A DNA stretch of 64,000 nt from Eledone cirrhosa (lineage: Eukaryota). The translations under genes were made by a program, and so were the position numbers. The notes beneath the pieces are model-generated. The model worked only from the letters and a program-made list of their open reading frames with translations. It made no database searches and had not been told where the DNA came from. Below are positions 56,268-64,000 of the stretch, piece by piece. Where the stretch lies: assembly GCA_964016885.1 (NCBI GenBank), contig OZ024750.1, positions 24,428,001 through 24,492,000 on the forward strand, written 5' to 3'. Positions within the stretch are counted from its first letter, which is position 1. Each line of letters opens with the position of its first letter.

Positions 56268-58104
56268 TTATAATCATTATATTTATACATATATCTATAT
56301 ATATATATTTATACATATATCTATATATATATCTATATATATATTTATACATATATCTATATATATATATATATCATTATCATCATCATCATCACCGTTT
56401 TACATCCATTTTTCCATGTCTTGCTCAACAGGACTGATTTGGGCTTGATTTCTACAGCTGGATGCCCTTAATAACACCAACCTCATTTACAGTGAGTACT
56501 GGGTGCTTTTTGTCGTGACACCTACAGGACCACTTTACAGTGTAGACTGGGTGCTTTTTGTCGTGACACCTGCAGGAATACTTTACAGTGAGTACTTGGT
56601 GCTTTTTGTCGTGACACCTACAGGACCACTTTACAGTGTAGACTGGGTGCTTTTTGTCGTGACACCTACCCATCCACTTTAGCGTGGGAGGGAGGGGGCA
56701 TACTCTCTATATATATCATTATCATCACCATTTAATATCCATTTGCCATGCTTGCATGGGTTAGACGGGTCGTTCAGCTCATGAGATATGTCTGGCCAGT
56801 TGGCAGCACCATATCTTGCTATGATGGAACTGTAAATAATTTGGCTGGTATTTTTTACATTTACAGTGTGGAACTGGATGGCACAGTTTTAAGGAGGGAC
56901 AGGCCAGTTGGCCATGCCACAACCTACTCACAGTGAAACCATAGTTTGGAAGCCAGGTCATCTCACTATGTGAGAGATCAACCAAGTTGGCCGTGCCAAG
57001 CCTTAAACATAGTAGGACCATATACTGGAAACTCTGGCCAGATGGCCGTGCCATACTTTGCACAATATCAGAACTGTTGCTGTGATTTGGGATCTGGGTG
57101 GTCTCATTATGAGGGAGGTCTGGCCAGTTGGTCGTACCAAGCCTTACTCATTGTAGAACCCTTGCTGATTATTATTATTATTATCATAATTATTATTATT
57201 ACTTTTCTTACAGAGACTTGTTTTTGTCCCCCCCTCTTTCTTCTTCTTCTTCTTCTTCTTCTTCTTCTTCTTCTTCTTCTTCTTCTTCTTCTTCTTCCTG
57301 AGAGGGTCGTTGGGGCAGAGTCCTTCCAGCGAGTCCTGTCAGAAGCAACCATTTCCACTTGAGGTCTATCCCTGAGTCTCCTGCCAGTTGGTTTTGCCCA
57401 TAAAAATCTGTCCAACGATTCTTTCCCCAAGACATTCTAACCACATGCTCATAGTAGTGGAGCTGTGATCTCTCAATTTGGTGAAGTAGCAGCTCTACCT
57501 GGAGTGACTCTCTTATCCCTGAGCTTCTAGTAACATCTCATCCACACATACACACATACACACACATGTGTAAAGTGGTTGGCATTTGGAAGAGCATCCA
57601 GCTGTAGAAAAGATGCCAAAAAAATAATACATGAGTAAGACATGTTCACCTAACTGGTTTAACCACATAACATGACAACCTGTCCAACCCATGCTAGCCT
57701 GGAATATAAATGCAAAACTAGGATGATAATGATATTGTTGTATGTGTGTATGTGTATATATTGTTGTATGTATGTGTATTTGTATATATATGTGTGTACA
57801 TGTATGTATGTATGTATATGGAAGCATGTGGCCTAGTGGTAAGGGTGTTGGACTTACAACCATAATGTTGTGAGTTCAATTCCTGGACTGGGTTGTGTGT
57901 TGTGTTCTTGAGCAAAATACTTCATTTCATGTTGCTCCAGTATACTCAACTGAAAATGAGTACCAGCTATAGCTGGGAGTTTAACCCTGCAATGGACTAG
58001 CGTCCTGTTCAGGGGGTAGTATTGTACTCTCAGTCGCTTAACACCATGGAAACTAGGATAAGCATCGACCGGATGAATCTGGGCCTCATTTGTATGTATC
58101 ATCA

Positions 58105-58340
58105 TCATCATAATTTTACGTCCGCTTTTCCCTGCTTGCAAGACTGGGACGAGTCCTTTTCAGCACAGTATCTCTCCATTTGTTGCGGTCCTTCGTTATC
58201 TCCTTTGTGAGCTTCAGCAATCTGAAGTCAGCTCTCACCACCTCCACCCATGTTTTTCGTGGTCTTCCTCTACTCCATCTTCCTTCCACCGGGATTTCTT
58301 GGCACTTCTTCACCCAGCAGTCATCTTCCATGCACATCAC
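58105..58340 (-). mobile_element. RTE-like LINE 3' end; related + strand fragment at ~63050-63720 is split by a SINE
   Basis: CWVKKCQEIPVEGRWSRGRPRKTWVEVVRAD...DRNKWR. Its 3' end TGCAAGCAGGGAAAAGCGGACGTAAAAT is shared with the SINEs at 55866 and 47022. Confidence 0.7.
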
Positions 58341-59372
58341 ATGTGTATATATTTGTATGTACGTGTGTGTATTTGTATGTATGTGTGTGTATTTGTATGT
58401 ATGTGTGTGTGTGCATTGTGTATATATGTATGTATTGTCTGGTTTTGTATGTTTGTGTCTTTGTATGTATGTATTTTTGTATGCAAGTGTTTTTGTATGC
58501 ATCTGCCTTTGTTTGTATTATTGTGTTTGTATGTGTGTGTATTTGTATATATGTGTATTTGTATGTATGTGTATGTATTTATATGTATGTGTGTATATTT
58601 GTATGTATGTGTGTATGCTTGTATGTATGTGTATGTATTTGTATGCATGTGTGTATGCTTGTATGTATGTGTATGTATGTATGTGTGTATGCCTGTATGT
58701 ATGTGTGTATGCTTGTATATATGTGTATGTATTTGTATGCATGTGTGTATGCTTGTATGTATGTATGTGTGTGTATTTGTATGTGTGTGTACTTGTATGT
58801 ATGTGTATATGCTTGTATGTATGTGTATGTATTTGTATGCATGTGTGTATGCTTGTATATATGTGTGTGTATGTGTGTATGCCTGTATGTATGTGTTTGT
58901 ACTTGTATGTATGTATGTATGTGTGTATGCTTGTATGTATTTGTGTGTGTTTGTATGTATGTGTGTGTTTTCTTTGAGATTTATATCAGTTCTACTTCAC
59001 AAGACAGTTCCAAAGATGTGTAAATATGTGAATGAGTTAGTATGTGTGTGTGTGTGTAATTATGTGTTAATGTGTCCATGTATGACTTAGTGTGTACATA
59101 CATGTACGTATGTATGAGCTACTGTCTACATATATATATATAACCTATGCTAGCATGGAAGATGGACGTTAAATGATGATGATGATGATATATATATATA
59201 TATATATATGTAGAAGTTCTATTTAAATTGTTGGGATACAACAAGCAAATATTTTTATAACTGATATAAAGCACTCAACAAATAATTGGGAGACTATCCG
59301 GGAGCTTCCAACAGTAATGGTCGCATTCTTTAAGGGTATGTCAATATTTATTTATAAAACTGCTCTATATTA

Positions 59373-59437
59373 TATTTTATCTGATGAAAGCACACCATAA
59401 TTTAACTTGGTGTCCTTGAAATATGTATAATGAAATA
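59373..59437 (+). ncRNA. Type I hammerhead ribozyme motif
   Basis: TATTTTAT-CTGATGA-[AAGcACACCA...TGGTGTcCTT]-GAAA-TATGTA-TA-ATGAAATA. Core intact; stem I has one G-U pair. Confidence 0.72.
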
Positions 59438-59499
59438 AATATGGTTTTATAAATATAGTTTCCATTTGTTAATATCGTATATATATATATATATATATA

Positions 59500-59833
59500 T
59501 TTCAATAATATTAATAAATGGAAACTATCTTTATAAAAAGATATTTATTTTATTATATATATTTGGCACCAGATAAAATACAGACAGTGACATATTCAAT
59601 ACTAGAACTTAGTGTTTTGAGTTCTGTTTGAATAGTATTCAAACAGAACTCAAAATACTATTCAAACAGAACTCAAAACGCTAAGTTCTTGTCTTGAATA
59701 TGTCACTGTCTGTAAAACAACTTTTGTATTTTATCTGATGAGGGCGTACCAAAAATGTTGGTACCCTTGAAATATATATAATAAAATAAATATGTTTTTA
59801 TAAAGATAGTTTCCATTTATTAATATTATTGAA
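59500..59833. repeat. Fold-back with a nested central palindrome, part of a hammerhead-bearing complex (~59210-59920)
   Basis: TTCAATAATATTAATAAATGGAAACTATCTTTATAAAAA.../...TTTTTATAAAGATAGTTTCCATTTATTAATATTATTGAA. Centre TTTTGAGTTCTGTTTGAATAGTATTCAAACAGAACTCAAAA. Confidence 0.8.
59727..59788 (+). ncRNA. Type I hammerhead ribozyme motif
   Basis: TATTTTAT-CTGATGA-[GGGcGTACCAA aaatg TTGGTACcCTT]-GAAA-TATATA-TA-ATAAAATA. Core intact, perfect stem I, palindromic stem III. Confidence 0.8.
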
Positions 59834-60440
59834 ATTATACTCCAGAAGAAACTTGTAGAGTGCTTCTAATCTGTTATAAACTGTTGAATAACCAACAAGT
59901 TAAATAACTCATTGCTTATATATATATATATATATATAAATAATTACAACAGTGGCATATATATATATGTGTGTGTGTATGTACTTGCACTCATGTGTGC
60001 ACACACATGCACACACACACACATGTATATATATATGCATGTATTATGCACTTACAAATACATAAGATGTATTCAGTGATACCAATCTAATTCTGCTGCT
60101 TTTGAAAATACCATAAACCACCCTTAATGTCACGTCTCTGGTTGCTATGGTAACCATCATTAATAGCATATTCGTAGTTACTATAGCTACCATCAATAAA
60201 ATGTTTACTGACTATTTCTCTCCCACCCCCTCACTTCACCAATTGGTAGTGTCAGATCTAAATTGATATTAGGTAGGATTTAATAGCAAAATGTCCTCCA
60301 TAAATAATTAACAGAATAATTAGCAAAGATGATGAGTTGTAGTTTAAGGCTAATTATTTCCAAGTCAGTGGGTGAAGTGGCAGAGTCGTTAGAATATCAG
60401 ATAGAATATTTTATGGTATTTGTCCCAGCCATCTGTGCTC

Positions 60441-60650
60441 TGACTTCAAATCCCATTGACTTCAAATCCCATTGACTTCAAATCCCATTGACTTCAAATC
60501 CCGTTGACTTCAAATCCTGTTGACTTCAAATCCCGTTGACTTCAAATCCTGTTGACTTCAAATCCCGTTGACTTCAAATTCTGTTGAGATCAAATCCTGT
60601 TAAGATCAAATCCTGTTGACTTCAAATCTCACTGACTTCAAATCCCGTTG
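60441..60650 (+). repeat. 16-bp tandem repeat (~13 copies) derived from a SINE B-box region
   Basis: (TGACTTCAAATCCYRT)n following a family-A SINE head at ~60368-60440. Confidence 0.85.
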
Positions 60651-61925
60651 AATTCTTTGGGTCTGCTGCTGATTGGTTTTGCTCTTACAGTCTGTCCAGT
60701 TCATGCTTTCCTGAGACATTCTAACCACATGCCCATAGTATCGGAGCTGTGATTTCTCAATTCAGAGAAGTAGCAGCTCTACCTAGAGTGACTCTCTGAT
60801 CTCTGAGCTACACACTTATACAGTAACATTACTTCAGAGGAAAGCTTGTATTCATGATTGTATTCGCCTGCTTGTATTCATGATTGTATTCTTTTGGTTG
60901 GTAATTACCCAAGATTCATGACTGTAGGTAAGGGTTGGCATGAATACCGAATTGAAGATAGCGAGTTTAGCTTTTACGCCTACCTCCCTTCTGATCACTG
61001 AATGCTGGAGCTGGCACATTACTGCACCAGCTCCTGCAATTCTATTTTTGATTCTTTAATTTTGTGTGGTCTGGTAGTCAGAGTGTTGGACTCAAGATCA
61101 CAAGATTGTGGGTGTGGTTCCTTGTCTGGGTGGTACTTTATATTCTTAAGCACGACACTTGATTTCATATTTCTTTTCAAGGTGAGATTGGGATCCCTAT
61201 CATTAAAACCCCATCGGAAGCCAACTAAACCTGTATAGGTGTGAGCTGTAACAACAACAACAACAACAACATGATAGGAATGGTAACTACTATCATTAAA
61301 GCACCCAAGAAACTTCTGTGAGATACAACCTCATAGGATACCTGCTTAATCTACATAAGTGCAAGCTGTAACAACAACATGATAGAACTAATGAATGCTC
61401 TTATCATTAAAACACCTGAAAAACCTCCTACAAAATGAGACTTCATAGAAGACCAGCTAAACCTACATAAGTGTGAGCCTTAAGAACAACAACATATGAT
61501 TGGGGAACCTATCGTTGAAACACCCAAGGAATCTCCTATGAAATACATCATAGGGAGTCAGCCAAACTTGTATAGGGGTGTGTAGCCAGAGGCATTCGAA
61601 CTTACCTTGCATCTTCAAATCACTTTGGCTGGAGTCGTTCCACTCTCCATGTCCAGCTTCCACATCCAGCTTTGCCTGCCTTCACACAACACGTCTACAC
61701 ACCAAGCAAACTGCTAGCACAAGGGCGCAGGAGCGTAGTTGATTGACCCTCATGTGACGTCACGTCCTCATGCTTCTGGTCAGGCATCCCCCAACTTTTG
61801 GCAATCTCCACCCACGGCAGCCACACAGGGTTGAGCTGTAAATTAAATTTTTTGTTTTGTTCTTTAATTTCAGTTCCTTCTTGTTTAAAATTATTAACCA
61901 TCACCATGTTTATTTATTATTTCAG

Positions 61926-62172
61926 CTTACCGAGTTTTTGGCAAACGGCTCCTCAGAACGAGCCAGTTTGTGGTATCGAGTCGGATATGGCTGCACACAA
62001 TACCAACCCGCAACTGCGATGTGCTGATGACATTCCCCCCTAACACAGATGATGCCAAATTGATGTGGTTACTGAAACAATTGAGGGAGAAGGCTCCCCA
62101 CATCATTGTTCATGTACGGCACCATGCCAAAACAGAAGTATTTGGCTTTTACATGACAGCGAGCTATCAAAG
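61926..62172 (+). CDS. ANO8: Internal coding exon of anoctamin-8 (TMEM16H), N-terminal cytoplasmic region
   Basis: Acceptor ttatttcAG at 61924-61925 and donor AG|GTAGTT at 62173. Translates YRVFGKRLLRTSQFVVSSRIWLHTIPTRNCDVLMTFPPNTDDAKLMWLLKQLREKAPHIIVHVRHHAKTEVFGFYMTASYQ. This matches the ANO8 N-terminal signature recalled from vertebrates (FGKRLL...W..T.PT.NCDVLMTFP..TDD..L.WLL...V.VRHH...F..TA.Y). Phase 1 in, phase 2 out. Confidence 0.9.
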
Positions 62173-62205
62173 GTAGTTTACTGCTTTTATTATTTCATAT
62201 GTATA

Positions 62206-62395
62206 GGGCGGTGGATTGGCAGTATCGGTAGAGGGTCGGACGCCATGTTTTCCAGCATAGTTACGTCCCTTTACGATCTGAGTTCAAATGCCGCCGAGGT
62301 TAACTTTGCCTTTCATCCTTACGGGGTCGATAAAATAAAGTACCAGTAATGCACTGGGTAATTGCTGGCCTTGTGCCAAAAGTAGAAACAATTAT
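62206..62395 (+). mobile_element. tRNA-derived SINE family A (Meta-domain-like core), representative copy. About 20 more copies, e.g. 4795-4980(-), 10690-10830, 15846-16068, 16355-16535(-), 31655-31838(-), 32180-32368, 32735-32920, 43178-43367, 48757-48925, 52750-52940(-), 63498-63675(-)
   Basis: A-box-like TGGCAGTATCGG and B-box GAGTTCAAATC; core GCCTTTCATCCTTACGGGGTCGATAAAATAAAGTACCAG; TSD ATTATTTCATATGTAT on both sides. Other copies also show 14-20-bp TSDs. Confidence 0.9.
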
Positions 62396-64000
62396 TTCAT
62401 ATGTATTTTTCCTTTTTACTAGATACAGTCACTGGTTTTCAGTTTGGCTGGAGCACCATAATCTACAGATAACAAACTAACTAGCTAGTGCTTTAAGGCC
62501 ATTTTTTTTCTCCTGCAGTATACTCAGCTGAAGTGAGTACTAGCAATAGCTGGGGGTTTAACCCTGTGATGGAGACTGGCATCCTGTCCAGGAGGGAGTC
62601 TTTTACTCTCAGTCACTTCATGTCATGGAAACTGGGATAAGCACTGGCCTGTTGAGCCTCCAGGCTCGAGACAGACTTTATCCTTTTTAACCCTTTAGCA
62701 TTTACATTACTCTATATTTACTATTGTATTTAATATTGAATCTATGAGATTTTGATATTATTTATTTTGAGAACAATACCTTAATATCAGTATGAGCGGG
62801 CGGTTACAGTCGGTTTGAACAGAAGTAGGTGAGAGAATTCTGGCTGTATCCAGATGGTTTCAATGCTAAAGAAATAAAGTAAAGGTAAGCCTTGTGGGCT
62901 CCATGTCAAGCTTCATAGACATCATAGGGTCCTTTTTAAGGCAATATTTTACTACTGGATATCCTTTCTGGCACCAACCTTTTCCATCACCTCATACGAT
63001 ACATCTGTTCTAAACCAGATTTACACACATGAATAAAGTAGAGGAGAGTGCTCCCAAAGCATAGTAAACCAGAATAAAAACATGGTGGAAATATTCAGGG
63101 ATTTACTAGCTTTGAGTAAAGGAAGATTATATGATACAAAGTGTAATGTTGGATGGTAGTGAAACTTAAACTTGGAATGCAGAAGATTTGTGGCTGGAAT
63201 GAAATGAGAGCAGTATGCTTAACTGGATGTGTAATGTTAATAATTTTAGTGGGCATGAATGACATATCACATATGAGGTGAAGAAGAAACTGGATACAAT
63301 AGGAATCAGATGTGTAGTGTGGTCAAGGGAAAATTGTACTGGTATGGACATACGATGTGTATGGATAATTGTCAGTGGGTGAAGGATTGCCAGAAGTTCC
63401 AAGTAGAAGGTAGCTGTGGCAGAGGAAAACCAAGGAAAACCTGGACAGAAATGGTAAGAGCTGATATCAGAATGTTTGACCTTACAAAAGAGATCATAAT
63501 TGTTTCTACTTTTGGCACAAGGCCAGCAATTACCCAGTACATTACTGGTACTTTATTTTATCGACCCCATAAGGATGAAAGGCAAAGTTAACCTCGGCGG
63601 GATTTGAACTCAGAATGCAAAGGGCCGTAACTCTATGCGTCAAAGCATGGCGTCCAACCCTCTACCGATACTGCCTGCAACAAGTAGAGGGAAGTTGTAC
63701 TGGTGAGGACTCTTCCAACCTATGATTTATACCAATAATTACTAAAAATTACTGGTATAAATCTGCTTAGTAATATTTTATTTTATTTTTCTTTGTTGTA
63801 AAATTAATATGTATATTTGAAATGTAGTTGTCCCTACACAAATGACTATAATTATAATTGAACACTATAAACAATAGTTGAAAAAATACCCCTGGAGATG
63901 ATCTATTTTTAGAAACCTTGATGGGATATATATTTATTTTAACCCTTTAGCATTTACATTACTTTTGTATTTTCGTTGTAAAGACTTTAGCTCCCATAAT

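Overview
AT-rich, repeat-saturated animal DNA. The SINE content and the (TA)n/(CA)n/(CAC)n load resemble an octopus or other coleoid cephalopod genome; that assignment is an inference. Almost all ORFs in the supplied track are microsatellite or minisatellite artefacts. The one clear host gene is anoctamin-8 (ANO8/TMEM16H) on the + strand. It has a conserved exon at 61926-62172 and a phase-compatible candidate upstream exon at 9487-9718, so most of the window would be one ~52-kb intron. That intron holds tRNA-derived SINEs, piggyBac/hAT/Tc1-type MITEs, Helitron-like pieces and decayed RTE, CR1, Tx1, CRE and Penelope-like retroelements. It also holds many minisatellites, several of which arose inside transposons. 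The main unexplained signal is a set of long fold-back (palindromic) elements beside (TA)n tracts. Several carry type I hammerhead ribozyme folds that can be paired by eye: one element has a hammerhead on each strand, another region has two in tandem, and a near-intact hammerhead lies directly downstream of a Penelope-like GIY-YIG endonuclease remnant.
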